From a virus (lineage: Duplodnaviria; Caudoviricetes), in the IMG/VR virus record IMGVR_UViG_3300025606_000003, positions 43,036 through 107,035 of that record: 64,000 nucleotides of DNA; one strand, given 5' to 3'. The position numbers were made by a program, and so were the translations under genes. The first letter of the stretch is position 1; the number at the start of each line of letters is the position of its first letter. Below, in pieces: positions 29,125 through 38,730 of this stretch. The notes beneath the pieces were generated by a model, which saw nothing but the letters and a program-made list of their open reading frames with translations, was not told the origin of the DNA and ran no database searches.

Positions 29125-29376
29125 TTAATTGCCCATGTACCGCACGGCGATGTAGGTGCCGAGAAATGCGCCGGCCGCCAGCGGAATCAAATACCACGGG
29201 TTGTGAAGGTAGCTCATCGTGCCGTAGGCGCCAAGACTGTACAGCACCGAGCTAATAGCGCTGGCGGCAAACGCCTGCTTGCGACTGACGCAGAGCACGT
29301 ACAGCGCATACAACACATCAAAAAACACGTAGACCACAAAAACAAGCAGCGCTGTCAACCAGTTGAAGTCATTCAT
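29125..29376 (-). CDS. Small three-TM membrane protein
   Basis: Hydrophobic throughout; YLIPLAAGAFLGTYIAV. Confidence 0.65.
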   Translation of the reverse strand: MNDFNWLTALLVFVVYVFFDVLYALYVLCVSRKQAFAASAISSVLYSLGAYGTMSYLHNPWYLIPLAAGAFLGTYIAVRYMGN

Positions 29377-29378
29377 GA

Positions 29379-30374
29379 TCAAAACTTTGGCTCGTATTCC
29401 AAGTGGTCCATGTACCGCTCAATTTGCCGGGCCACGTCATCGACAGTGATCATGCTCATGCAGTACGCGATCGCCTGACCGTCTTCCATAAATGTCGGCA
29501 GCTCGCACAGGCTGTTGTTTTTTGCGTCGTTGTCAGCAAGCGGGATCACACGGCTTTTCCAACAACCGCCCTGTTGGCAACACTTGAGCATGCCGCCAGT
29601 GTGCAGAAACTGGTGATCTGGGCCCTGCTCCCAGTGCGATGGCTCGCGGCCGCCCGCGAGCGTAATGTTCGCCCGGCTCTTACGGCCAAATCTTGGATGC
29701 GCGGGCACGGCGTAGGCCAGGTGCATTGGAAAACTCACGCCGGAGATCACGCCAAACGAGTTGTAAACCAGGCGGATCATCTGCCGGATATCAGTGCGGC
29801 CCACAAAGTTCAGCACATTGTCGCCATGGAGCAGCGGGTGCGTGTGCTCCTTGGCGCCGACTTGGACGAACCAAACATTGGGAAACCGCGAGACTAGCTC
29901 CTGATAGCGCGTGAAGCTCCAGGCTTTGGCGGTGTAGTCACTCTTGTGCCCGGCGTTGAGAATCCAGTACGGCACGTCTTTGCCGATCATTTCGTGCACG
30001 CCGGAAAACCACGCATGCTCTTCGGGCAGAATCTTGATCGCCCCGGCAAACTTGGCGGCTTTGATAGCCACGCCCAGCTTTTCACCGAGATACTCGTTGA
30101 AGCTTTCGATGAAGCGCACCGGGTGCGAGTTTGAGCGATGAATGCTGGGATACTCTGCCTGAATGACCGTGACGTCCGGGTCAGATTTGTCTAGCCGCGT
30201 GATGAGCGGGTTGCCGTGAAAGATCTCTTTGGCCGGGCAGTCCACGTCGGTAATGAACTTGCCCGGATGACTTTCGTGCAGGCTGGTCACAGCGTAGAGC
30301 AACATCACGATGTCGCCCGGGCTTTGCCAGTTCCGGAAGATAATCTTGCGCGGCACGGCGGCAGTAATCGACAT
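29379..30374 (-). CDS. Glycosyltransferase family 9 (heptosyltransferase-like)
   Basis: SPGDIVML, NPLI, KAWSFTRY, NFVGRTDIRQ, SFPMHLAYA. Confidence 0.8.
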   Translation of the reverse strand: MSITAAVPRKIIFRNWQSPGDIVMLLYAVTSLHESHPGKFITDVDCPAKEIFHGNPLITRLDKSDPDVTVIQAEYPSIHRSNSHPVRFIESFNEYLGEKLGVAIKAAKFAGAIKILPEEHAWFSGVHEMIGKDVPYWILNAGHKSDYTAKAWSFTRYQELVSRFPNVWFVQVGAKEHTHPLLHGDNVLNFVGRTDIRQMIRLVYNSFGVISGVSFPMHLAYAVPAHPRFGRKSRANITLAGGREPSHWEQGPDHQFLHTGGMLKCCQQGGCWKSRVIPLADNDAKNNSLCELPTFMEDGQAIAYCMSMITVDDVARQIERYMDHLEYEPKF

Positions 30375-30382
30375 AAAATGGT

Positions 30383-32308
30383 TCAACCGTTGGCGGCCAG
30401 ATATTCACGCATCTGCTGCAGCTTGTCGCCGCGGCCGGTGAAATGCACAAAGCGCGGCGGCGAGTCGAGGCCGACGGCAGCGTGGGAAAAATAGGTCGGC
30501 AGATAATTCCAAGTCAGCGGTAACAATTGCGTGCGTGTCGCCAGCTGCGTAACCGTTGTTTGCCTGACCGGCTCGACGGTGGTGGGCGGGTATCCAAGCT
30601 CCACCATCAGCGCCGCCTGCTCCCACCACGGGTGATCAATAAACTCGCGGGCGATCCAGATTTTTTCCAGCACTGGCAGCAATGCGCGAGTTAGGATCCA
30701 CACGCCACAATTTGGCACGGGGCCAATATCAATGTCGTGCCGCGTCATGGCTTGCCAACTAGAACCGTCAAACTCAGCGAAAATGTCTTTGTCGTCGCGC
30801 ATGATCAGCACGTCAGCATCGAGCCACAACACGCGCGCGTACTGCTGCAGCGCCTGAAACAGCGCTGGAATCTTGTACCACGCCGGCGGTCGAGAGCCTA
30901 CGAGATCGCAGGTCGCAAAATCGTAGCCGTATTTGCGCGCGTACGCGCGCATACGGGGCAATATTTCTTCGCTCATATTTGTAAAGGCGGGCCCGAAGTA
31001 TCCGGTGAGCACCAAAGTATCCGACGCTTTGTTCTCACCTGCCGGCGCAGGCAGCACGTTGTGCAATCGCGGCTTTCGTAACTCGACCATTTCGGTTTCA
31101 AGCTCTGCGGCCTTGTTCGCCGGCAGCATCACGATCGGCATTTTTTCATACATCATCCACTGGCCGTGCAGCATGCCGTTTTTGTAGGCCAGATCGGCCA
31201 AAATCGCGCCGTTGTGCCAGAACGCCACGCGCGGATCAGACTCGGTGCCAATCATCGACCACGTGTGCTCGACGGCTTTTTCACCGGCAGCAATCCGGCC
31301 GTGCTCCAACATCTCAATCCGCCGAAAATCGTGGCCGACGCGACAATACTGGTAATACCGCTGCGCCACGATTTGATTGGCGATTTCTTGGAATTTCAAG
31401 TTTGGCGCAGTCTTGGGCGCTTTTGACCAGATCGAGCGCAAATCCTCGAGATAGACCAGGCACTCGTTTTCCAGCTCGAAGCCGGGAATATGCTCATTGT
31501 GGCCCTGCAGCTGCCACTTACGAAGATTCCGGTGCTGGAACACCCGGCTGCCGTCGAAGTCGTGCTGACACATGGTTCCCGTGAGTGCATGAATACCCCG
31601 CCGCGGCATCGAGTATTCCTGCCCCAGCTTGCGCCACGCCATGTGAAACGTTTCTTTATCGCCGTGAATGTGCCGGTAGTAAAAACTGCTCCACTCGTTG
31701 AAGTGCATCGCGACGTTGAGCGCCTTCCAGCAGCGCCGCTTGTCAACTATGATCTGCCCGGATTCAAACTCGGGCTCGTCGCGATACGGCACGTTCACAA
31801 TGCGCCAAATAGCCCGGTCAGCGGCAAGCCGGCCGTAGTCAGGCCAGAAAATCGCGCCGGTGTTTTGATACTCCTGAGTATCAAACAAGTATTCCGGGTT
31901 CCGCACCGCTACGTTGTCGGCGTCCAGAAAGAGCACTTCCTCGAACGGGCAGTGCAGCAGCGCAAACGACTTGAGCTCCCAGCCGTGGAGCGTGCGCACC
32001 GGATATTGCTTCCGAACTTCATAGCCGTCGACGCATTCCACGTTGTACGGCTTTACAATAGCGCGCATTTCATCGTCGATCTCGTCGGGGCCGAGATGCC
32101 AGAATTGCGCCGGCAAATTGCAGCCGTGCCGACGCAGCATCCGAATCGCCACGTATGCGTTCGTGAAATACCGCGGACCGCCCGCGCAAATCACAATGCC
32201 GCGCCCAGCAAACCGGTCCTGGGGATACTCCTGCGGCGTCGCGACGTACGCCTCGAGCAGCTGCGTGTAGTCTGCGTCACTTCTGGGCGTGGGTTGTTCA
32301 GCTGTCAT
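30383..32308 (-). CDS. Fused GT71-like mannosyltransferase + GT34-like galactosyltransferase
   Basis: GRGIVICAGG, FEEVLFLDADN, IFWPD, ESGQ, GDKETF; second domain PAWYKI, VLWLDADV, NCGVW, WWEQAA, FVHFTG. Confidence 0.8.
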   Translation of the reverse strand: MTAEQPTPRSDADYTQLLEAYVATPQEYPQDRFAGRGIVICAGGPRYFTNAYVAIRMLRRHGCNLPAQFWHLGPDEIDDEMRAIVKPYNVECVDGYEVRKQYPVRTLHGWELKSFALLHCPFEEVLFLDADNVAVRNPEYLFDTQEYQNTGAIFWPDYGRLAADRAIWRIVNVPYRDEPEFESGQIIVDKRRCWKALNVAMHFNEWSSFYYRHIHGDKETFHMAWRKLGQEYSMPRRGIHALTGTMCQHDFDGSRVFQHRNLRKWQLQGHNEHIPGFELENECLVYLEDLRSIWSKAPKTAPNLKFQEIANQIVAQRYYQYCRVGHDFRRIEMLEHGRIAAGEKAVEHTWSMIGTESDPRVAFWHNGAILADLAYKNGMLHGQWMMYEKMPIVMLPANKAAELETEMVELRKPRLHNVLPAPAGENKASDTLVLTGYFGPAFTNMSEEILPRMRAYARKYGYDFATCDLVGSRPPAWYKIPALFQALQQYARVLWLDADVLIMRDDKDIFAEFDGSSWQAMTRHDIDIGPVPNCGVWILTRALLPVLEKIWIAREFIDHPWWEQAALMVELGYPPTTVEPVRQTTVTQLATRTQLLPLTWNYLPTYFSHAAVGLDSPPRFVHFTGRGDKLQQMREYLAANG

Positions 32309-32330
32309 GGCTTTCACTGCGGGTGCGGCG

Positions 32331-32849
32331 TTAGTTCTTCCAAAAAAAGCCCACGCCACGGCCGAGAATGTCGTACGTGACGCTGTAGATCGGCGTGCCA
32401 AGGTGCTGCAAAAAGCGCGGAATGTCGAATTCGTTGACGTCGTGCACGATGAGCAGGCCGTCGTCATCGAGCTTTTCGCGCCAGTACCGGATCAATTCTG
32501 GTACGACTGTCTCGCCGTGAAAAGAGTCGTGAAACACCACTGCGTAACGCCGCGGCAGCTGCAGCTCCGCCTCGCCTGTAATCAGCGCAAACTCTGCGTC
32601 CGGAGCCGCGGCCTGCCGGCGGGGCAGCGAGCCGGGATCTGGATCGCACGATTTCACGCACAGGCCAGCGCGGCTCAACGCCGCCGTGCCGTGCCCCCAG
32701 AACGACCCCACTTCAACTGCTGCGCGGCCGGCGTACGGTTTGACTGTCTGGTAAATCTGCAGAATGTGATTTACGTCTGTGACAAACTCGTGCGAGTAGT
32801 TCATCGCCCGCAAGGCCGCGATGTTCGCGTGATCTTTGAAATTCGCCAT
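32331..32849 (-). CDS. Class I SAM-dependent methyltransferase
   Basis: VEVGSFWGHGT, VFHDSFH, GLLIVHD. Confidence 0.75.
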   Translation of the reverse strand: MANFKDHANIAALRAMNYSHEFVTDVNHILQIYQTVKPYAGRAAVEVGSFWGHGTAALSRAGLCVKSCDPDPGSLPRRQAAAPDAEFALITGEAELQLPRRYAVVFHDSFHGETVVPELIRYWREKLDDDGLLIVHDVNEFDIPRFLQHLGTPIYSVTYDILGRGVGFFWKN

Positions 32850-32877
32850 GGTCGCGCTGGAATCTCTCGAGACTTGT

Positions 32878-33315
32878 TTACAGGCCCGCCAAAAGCTGGC
32901 GAATCCGCTCGCCGTCTTCGTAGCTGTCTTGGAGCTGGGCTTCGTAGAACACTTTCATGTACGCTGCCGCACTGCGATCACTGTTGGCGTATTCGTCAAG
33001 CCACTCCAGCCGCGCGGCGTAATTCTCAACGACCTCGCCCTCGATAGCCGCCGCATACCGCAGAATGTCTTCTACATTCTCGAGCCGCTTGAACTCGTTG
33101 GCGCCTGGCCAGACGATTCCGCCCAGGCCGTAAATACGGTCCTGGAATGCCAACACATGCTCGAGCTCGCCCTTGGCCGCCTCGTGCAGAAACTCCCTAT
33201 ACTCGGCGGCGTGCAGCCCGGTTACGGCGCTGGCGTGGTACAGATAAAAATCCAGGTGCATGCGCTCGTTGCGCAGGTCAGAGTTCAACAAAGATATCAA
33301 TTCGTCTCGAGTCAT
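32878..33315 (-). CDS. Ferritin/bacterioferritin-like protein
   Basis: LNSDLRNE, GELEHV...IYGLGG, IEGEVVENY four-helix pattern. Confidence 0.75.
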   Translation of the reverse strand: MTRDELISLLNSDLRNERMHLDFYLYHASAVTGLHAAEYREFLHEAAKGELEHVLAFQDRIYGLGGIVWPGANEFKRLENVEDILRYAAAIEGEVVENYAARLEWLDEYANSDRSAAAYMKVFYEAQLQDSYEDGERIRQLLAGL

Positions 33316-33794
33316 GCGGGCAGCTCCTGTAGAGTAACCGGAACATTCGGTGTCATCAATACGTGCCAGGCGTTTTCGTAGGGCGCGAGCTGGGAGTAGT
33401 ACAGCCAGTCTTTGGTGAAATCAATTTCGCTAGCCGGCACAATAAAGATCTTGTCGTGTTTCATCGTGACGCAAATCATAACGTCAATCATATTGGCTGT
33501 GTATTGTTTGTCGCGGTTTTCGCGCACGTTCTGGCCCGAAAATTTAGTCTTCCTGCGGCGCATGTTAAACCGGATTTGCGGCAGCGCCTGGCGGGCTGCA
33601 GTGCCGTCCAACATGGCTTTCACCTGGCAGCGCTTGAGTACGCCGCCTGCATCTGTGACAAGGTCATAGCCGGTATCTACCGTTGGGTGGGCTGTCGCGA
33701 TGCCGACTTTGAATAGCGACATCGCCGCGTAATGCGTTCCCGCCTGGCCCACCATCTGCGCTGTACGCTGCGGAAGCCTGAAATTAGCATCCAT
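33312..33794 (-). CDS. PD-(D/E)XK endonuclease (group I intron-associated type, free-standing)
   Basis: GQAG helix, GYDLVTD...RCQVK, Y....ID. Confidence 0.7.
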   Translation of the reverse strand: MDANFRLPQRTAQMVGQAGTHYAAMSLFKVGIATAHPTVDTGYDLVTDAGGVLKRCQVKAMLDGTAARQALPQIRFNMRRRKTKFSGQNVRENRDKQYTANMIDVMICVTMKHDKIFIVPASEIDFTKDWLYYSQLAPYENAWHVLMTPNVPVTLQELPA

Positions 33795-33834
33795 GCTTTT
33801 AATTCCAGAAGAACAGTAACAGGCTATAAAACGG

Positions 33835-34180
33835 GCTGGGCGCTGGCAGCAGAACCGCTCGTGTTCTGTTTGTGCTCGTGTTGCGTAGGGGCGAAGGAGG
33901 CGCTCGGATGGCATTGAAAACCCGGCAACCAGCGTTAAGCGCGGAAAGATATCTTTCCGCAGCATCCCGGCACCTCGGCTGTCCGATGAGGTGCAATCGC
34001 GACCCGGTTCGAGAAGTCGCGCACGCAGGTGATTTTCTTACGTTCGCGCAGCGGCTGGTAGCTGGACGCTAGCCGCGGCAAACAGCAAGCCGCCTCCCTG
34101 CGACTCTCCCGCATGTGCGCTCCTTGTGCGACGCGAACCGGACACAAGTTGTTACCGAAACACGAGTGTAGCCAGCCGGG
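33835..34180. ncRNA. Candidate large structured non-coding RNA
   Basis: ORF-poor ~410 nt gap with terminal long-range stems, several hairpins and an 8-bp loop-loop match; G-T pairs favour the + strand. Confidence 0.5.
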
Positions 34181-34207
34181 CTATACCGTCAAGGCGCGCT
34201 GCAGCGG

Positions 34208-34924
34208 TTACAGCCGGTCCAACATCGTGGCGACAACCGGGTGGCGCACGACGTCTTGCGTGTGAAACTCTACGCTGGCAATGTCTGGCGCTCCCTGCAG
34301 ACGCCGGATCACTTCAACCAGCGCCGGCGGCGAGATAGGCAGGTCGGACTGCTTGGGGTCACCCGTCACGATCATGCGGCTGCCCTCGCCAAACCGGGTT
34401 AAGAAAAGCTTCAGCTGGGCTGTCGTGGCGTTCTGAGCCTCGTCAAACACGCAGATCGAGTTCGTGAACGTACGGCCGCGCATGTAGCACAGCGGCGCCA
34501 GGACGATGCTCTTGTTAATCAGCTCGCGCCGGCCGGATTGCTTGCCGACCAGCACGTCCATGGCGTCGTACAGCGGCTGCATGTACGGGTTCACCTTGTC
34601 ACCAAATGTGCCAGGCAGAAATCCAAGCTTCTCGCCGGCTTCAACAATCGGCCGGGTCAGCACGATTTTTTCGGCCTGGCGGTTCAGCACAGCCTGAATC
34701 GCGTAGGCCATCGCCAGGAATGTTTTTCCTGAGCCTGCGGCGCCCAGCAGAAACGTGACAAGGTTCTCGTTCAGCGTGCGCCAGGCGAGCTTTTGAGACT
34801 CGTTCTTGAGCTCGATGACGAGCGGCTGGCGGGCCTGCTGGTCCCGATCGGCGGCGCGTGCCTGTCGGCGGGCAGCTTTTTCAGAAGACTTCTTGGGAAC
34901 AGACCGCGGTAATTTCTTGCTCAT
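34208..34924 (-). CDS. phoH: PhoH family ATPase
   Basis: GAAGSGKT, LGFLPG, MRGRTF, DEAQN, TGDPKQSD, VVRH. Confidence 0.92.
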   Translation of the reverse strand: MSKKLPRSVPKKSSEKAARRQARAADRDQQARQPLVIELKNESQKLAWRTLNENLVTFLLGAAGSGKTFLAMAYAIQAVLNRQAEKIVLTRPIVEAGEKLGFLPGTFGDKVNPYMQPLYDAMDVLVGKQSGRRELINKSIVLAPLCYMRGRTFTNSICVFDEAQNATTAQLKLFLTRFGEGSRMIVTGDPKQSDLPISPPALVEVIRRLQGAPDIASVEFHTQDVVRHPVVATMLDRL

Positions 34925-34956
34925 GCGGCGCGGAATCCTTTCCAGGCGAACAGCGT

Positions 34957-35595
34957 TTACTTCAGCTTGATGAGCAAACCGCAGTCGATGTAGTCAATCC
35001 GTTGCCACCATTCGTAGTCAGCCTGCTTTCCGGCCTCTCCGACGGCGTGAGCGACCTCAGCTGAATTGTAATCGTCGACCCAGATGTACTGCGGTTTTGC
35101 GGTCAACGCTAGCAGGCAGTCTTCATACGCGTTTGTAAAGTCATGTGCGGCGTCGACGACAACAAAATCAGCGGCCGGCAGCGTTTTCAATTGTCGAAGA
35201 TCGGTTTGAAAAAGCTCAAACGTGGCGCCGATATCCTGTAGCAGCGCGTGCGCAACTTTCAGCGGCTGCCACGGCTCGCCGTCGTATTGCGAAATATTTC
35301 CGCTTCCAAACACGTCATACCCGCTGTACCGGGCAGCCGGCGCGCCGTGCAGATACGCGTGCGCACCAGACGCTGCGTGCGTGCCGAGCTCTAGCACGTG
35401 CTCGGGTTGCAGCACGCGAGTCACAGCCGCAAAAATCCGGTACTTGTGCTGAAAATCTTCTCGGCGCGGCGCGTAGTAGCTCGGCCCGTCGTACTGCGTG
35501 AACACGCTGTACTGATGGTGCGGCTGGTATGTGCTGGTTTGCAGCGCCGCGGCAAACCGCGCGTTGAACTCAGCCTGCGACAAAATTGTGGCCAT
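34957..35595 (-). CDS. Class I SAM-dependent methyltransferase
   Basis: VLELGTHAASGA, VVVDAAH, IWVDDY. Confidence 0.7.
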   Translation of the reverse strand: MATILSQAEFNARFAAALQTSTYQPHHQYSVFTQYDGPSYYAPRREDFQHKYRIFAAVTRVLQPEHVLELGTHAASGAHAYLHGAPAARYSGYDVFGSGNISQYDGEPWQPLKVAHALLQDIGATFELFQTDLRQLKTLPAADFVVVDAAHDFTNAYEDCLLALTAKPQYIWVDDYNSAEVAHAVGEAGKQADYEWWQRIDYIDCGLLIKLK

Positions 35596-35668
35596 GATTT
35601 TTCCCAGCTAGCAGTGCAGCACAGCAATCCGAAGCCAAAGATATCAATGTGCGTGGTGCGTGCGCCGC

Positions 35669-38071
35669 TCAGCCAGCCGCCGTCGGTCCGTCGGTTGGCT
35701 GACCGAGACCGCCCGTCACCACGCTGTTGGAATGTTGCGTGCCGGTTTGCTTAGGCCGCACTTGTTTCGTGGGTTCGCCGGCCTCGTGCACAGGCAGAAT
35801 GCTGTTCGTCACGCAAGATTCTTCCGACTTCTTCTGAGTGGCGCCCGGAACCAGCTTGCCCATCGCGCTGTTGCCGGCCTGCACTCGGCTCTTGAAGTTC
35901 TGCAACCACGAGTTTGGCATAACAATCCCTGCGGCGGGCTTACCAGCCAAAGGCTGTGGCGCGCCGGCCGTTTTGAGTGGCGTCGGGCCGCCCGGTCGAA
36001 GCCGTTGCCGTGAAATAGGCGCAGCGGCCGGGCTGCGGGCCGGGCCAGCTGCCGGGCGCACAGGAGGGCGAACTGCCGGCATAGCAGCAACCGGAGCAGG
36101 TGCGGGCCCGCCAGGAGCCGGAGCGGCCGAGGGGCCGGCGGCAACCGGCGCCTGCGGCTTTCCGGCAGGCGCTGCAGCAGCCGTGCCGGCACTAAATTGC
36201 GGCGGCAGCCCGTTGTACTTGCTACGAAACGCATCAAACTGCGTTGGATTGAACTTGTTATTCCGATACATGTGCATCATGCGGTTATACACCTGCTGCG
36301 GCGGAGCGGCCGCGCTCATACCCAGCGTTTGCGCCGCGTGGACCGCGTCAAACGGCGTAGAGCTGCGCGGGCCTGTGTAGGGCTGCGCAGCTGTTTTCTC
36401 TTTCGTGCTCTTCTTGTTTTTCTTGGTGCTCTTCGCGCCGGCCGGGCGGCACGAGTCTTCGCTGTACGGCGCTTTGCCCGGCACCGGCTCATAGCCAGCC
36501 CAGCAGCGCGCGGCCTTCATCATTTCGTTCTGGAGATAGATCTGCTGCGCAATGTTCATAGATGCACCCTTGGTGTTTGATGTTTCCGGCGGGCCGTGCC
36601 ACCAGTTTTTAAACCGCTGCACGTACGGCGAAGCTTTTTCGATTGCTGCGCCGGTAATACCTGACTTGTTTGGATCCGCGTACCAGCCGGCATTCTGGAG
36701 TTGCTGACTGAGCGGACTGTTCGGATCTCCGTGTTGCTGAACCAGCGAGTTCATGTTCTGCACGGCTTGTGCGGCCTCAGCCGGCGAGAAACCCATGCTC
36801 TGAAATACGCGTGCTTGCGTCTGCGCGTCGCCGATACGGTGGAACAGCTTGAGCTGCGAAAGTTGCCGCTGAACATCTTCGAGCTGCGCGGCGGTTTGTT
36901 CGCGGGTAAGCCCCTGGCCGCCGGCGCTCATCGCTGCCTGTACTGGGTCTTTTGCCGTCAGAATTGCTTTCTGTGTTGGAGTTAGTTGTTTCGGAATAAA
37001 CCCTGCTGTTTGGCCCAAACCCGCCAGCGTGTCGGTCATGGTGTTCTTGGCGCCTTGCCCAAAAACACCAGCCCCGGTTAAACCCGCGCCAACTGCGCCC
37101 AGGCCCAGCAGCCCCAGCAACATACCGCCCATCCCGCCGCCGCCTTCTTCGCCGCCGGACATCGACATCATCATGCCGACGAGCGCAGCGCCACCGCCCA
37201 GGCCGACAAGCATCTGCCCGTGCGTGCCTAAATTGTGCCAGAAGTCCTGCGCCTGCGCCAAAAATCCGCCGTACTGCTCGGGCGTAGGGTTGGGATTTTC
37301 GGCGAGATACTTCTGCAGCTGCTCGTTGGTGACTTCGATCTTGGCTTCTTTCAGCCGGGCCGCAAACTGCTGCGCTGCCGGCGAGTTTTTCCCGGCCAGC
37401 GTGTCGCGCGCGCCGTTGGCAAACTCCTGGTTCATGTTTTGTTTCATGAACGCGGTAAAGTCCTGCGTGGCTTTTTGTTTTTGCTCCGGTGTTGCGCCGG
37501 GCGCAGCTGCGGCCGCGACGCTTGCGTGCACGGCGTCTTGCGCAGTTTGCTGCTCAGCTGGCTGGGTAACTGGCTGGGCAGCTGGTTGGGCCGCAGCTTC
37601 GGGAGGCGCAGTAGTAGCTGGCGCTGGCGCTGGCGCGGGCGCCGGAACAGCCGGAACAGCCGGAACAGCCGGAGCAGCCGGAGCAACAGCGGGCGCCGGC
37701 GAGGAGCCGGCCGCGGGAGCCGCGGGCGATGCCGCTGGCGCCGGCGGCACTGGAACTGGAGCCGGCATTGCCGCAGCCGGCGGGACCGTGGCGGCGGGCG
37801 AAACGGCCGGGGCGGCTAAAGGAGTCGGCGCGGGTGCCGGTACAGGATCCGCAGCCGGCGTAGGCGGCGGTTCCGGCGTCGGCGGCTTTAAAGGCTCGAT
37901 TTCCGGCGGCTTTGGGCCAGCTAGTGCGTCGTTGGCGCCGGGCCCACCTATCTCACCGAGCGCTGTCTTGACCAGCATGCACGCCAGCGCGTTTCTGTAA
38001 ACCGCAGCGGCAATGTCACGTGTCGGCGTCCTCATCGTCATCGGTCTCCGTACCATTGCCGAGAGCGCCAT
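35669..38071 (-). CDS. Large modular Pro/Ala-rich virion protein with Gly-zipper TMs
   Basis: VKTAL, MKAAR, EKTAA, LKTAG motifs; RCWAGYEPVPGK..SCRP module; start uncertain. Confidence 0.7.
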   Translation of the reverse strand: MALSAMVRRPMTMRTPTRDIAAAVYRNALACMLVKTALGEIGGPGANDALAGPKPPEIEPLKPPTPEPPPTPAADPVPAPAPTPLAAPAVSPAATVPPAAAMPAPVPVPPAPAASPAAPAAGSSPAPAVAPAAPAVPAVPAVPAPAPAPAPATTAPPEAAAQPAAQPVTQPAEQQTAQDAVHASVAAAAAPGATPEQKQKATQDFTAFMKQNMNQEFANGARDTLAGKNSPAAQQFAARLKEAKIEVTNEQLQKYLAENPNPTPEQYGGFLAQAQDFWHNLGTHGQMLVGLGGGAALVGMMMSMSGGEEGGGGMGGMLLGLLGLGAVGAGLTGAGVFGQGAKNTMTDTLAGLGQTAGFIPKQLTPTQKAILTAKDPVQAAMSAGGQGLTREQTAAQLEDVQRQLSQLKLFHRIGDAQTQARVFQSMGFSPAEAAQAVQNMNSLVQQHGDPNSPLSQQLQNAGWYADPNKSGITGAAIEKASPYVQRFKNWWHGPPETSNTKGASMNIAQQIYLQNEMMKAARCWAGYEPVPGKAPYSEDSCRPAGAKSTKKNKKSTKEKTAAQPYTGPRSSTPFDAVHAAQTLGMSAAAPPQQVYNRMMHMYRNNKFNPTQFDAFRSKYNGLPPQFSAGTAAAAPAGKPQAPVAAGPSAAPAPGGPAPAPVAAMPAVRPPVRPAAGPARSPAAAPISRQRLRPGGPTPLKTAGAPQPLAGKPAAGIVMPNSWLQNFKSRVQAGNSAMGKLVPGATQKKSEESCVTNSILPVHEAGEPTKQVRPKQTGTQHSNSVVTGGLGQPTDGPTAAG

Positions 38072-38444
38072 GCTCGCCCGCCCGCACGACGTCCTTGTCG
38101 CTGTGGTGCGTGCTGAACTCCGTCATCACCGAATTTTCGAGGCCGTAAAACTTGTGCCACATGCCAGGCGGAATATGAAACGCCATGTCGGGTGTTAACG
38201 CAATCTGCGCTGCCGCGGTGACATCTTCGTCCCAGCCGTACGTGAGAATAATTTTACCAGATTCGACGTACATAACCTCGTCCTTCACCCGATGGTGGTG
38301 GAACGAGCACTCTTTTCCCTTGGTTACGCCGAGTTTTTTGCCGCAATACCGGCCGTTGTAGATCCAGTCCTCGTAGCCCCAGGACTTTTCAACCCAAACG
38401 CGCTGCTCGGCGTTCATCAAAAACCGCTTGGCGGGTTCAGCCAT
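38016..38444 (-). CDS. Cupin-domain protein (sugar isomerase-like)
   Basis: KSWGYE, SFHHHRVKDE, IPPGMWH. Confidence 0.8.
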   Translation of the reverse strand: MAEPAKRFLMNAEQRVWVEKSWGYEDWIYNGRYCGKKLGVTKGKECSFHHHRVKDEVMYVESGKIILTYGWDEDVTAAAQIALTPDMAFHIPPGMWHKFYGLENSVMTEFSTHHSDKDVVRAGEHGALGNGTETDDDEDADT

Positions 38445-38730
38445 GCTGTTCCTCCTGTGTGTGAGTCTTTGTCCGTTCCAGCAGGTCGTCGATAACGGCT
38501 GCGAGGGCGGCGAAGCCGCCGGCCTTCAAATCGTTACGCGCCTCACGCAGCACCTCTCGCTCTAAGAGGGTGAGCGCAGGCACCAATTTCACAACGTGGC
38601 ACGGCCCGTCGCGCTCGGCGCTCTGTTGTCGGGCTTCGGCGTCATTTTGGCTCAAATAAACGGCAAACGCGCCCGTGTTGAACTGGTCGTCAACGACCGC
38701 CCACGCCACCGGTTCTTGCTGCGCACTCAT
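38437..38730 (-). CDS. EPVAW-motif hypothetical protein
   Basis: GGAGG RBS; shares EPVAW and LT..ER modules with neighbours. Confidence 0.65.
   Translation of the reverse strand: MSAQQEPVAWAVVDDQFNTGAFAVYLSQNDAEARQQSAERDGPCHVVKLVPALTLLEREVLREARNDLKAGGFAALAAVIDDLLERTKTHTQEEQHG

Noticed and set aside
33312-34207. Group I intron around the PD-(D/E)XK gene
   Set aside because: Flanking phoH and ferritin genes are intact and I could not find P7 or J8/7 consensus; a covariance search could overturn this.
37600-37700. GCCGGAACA and GGCGCT short tandem repeats (also 12-bp repeats at 42490-42520)
   Set aside because: They encode Pro-Ala-Val and PAKL linkers; ordinary low-complexity coding sequence.
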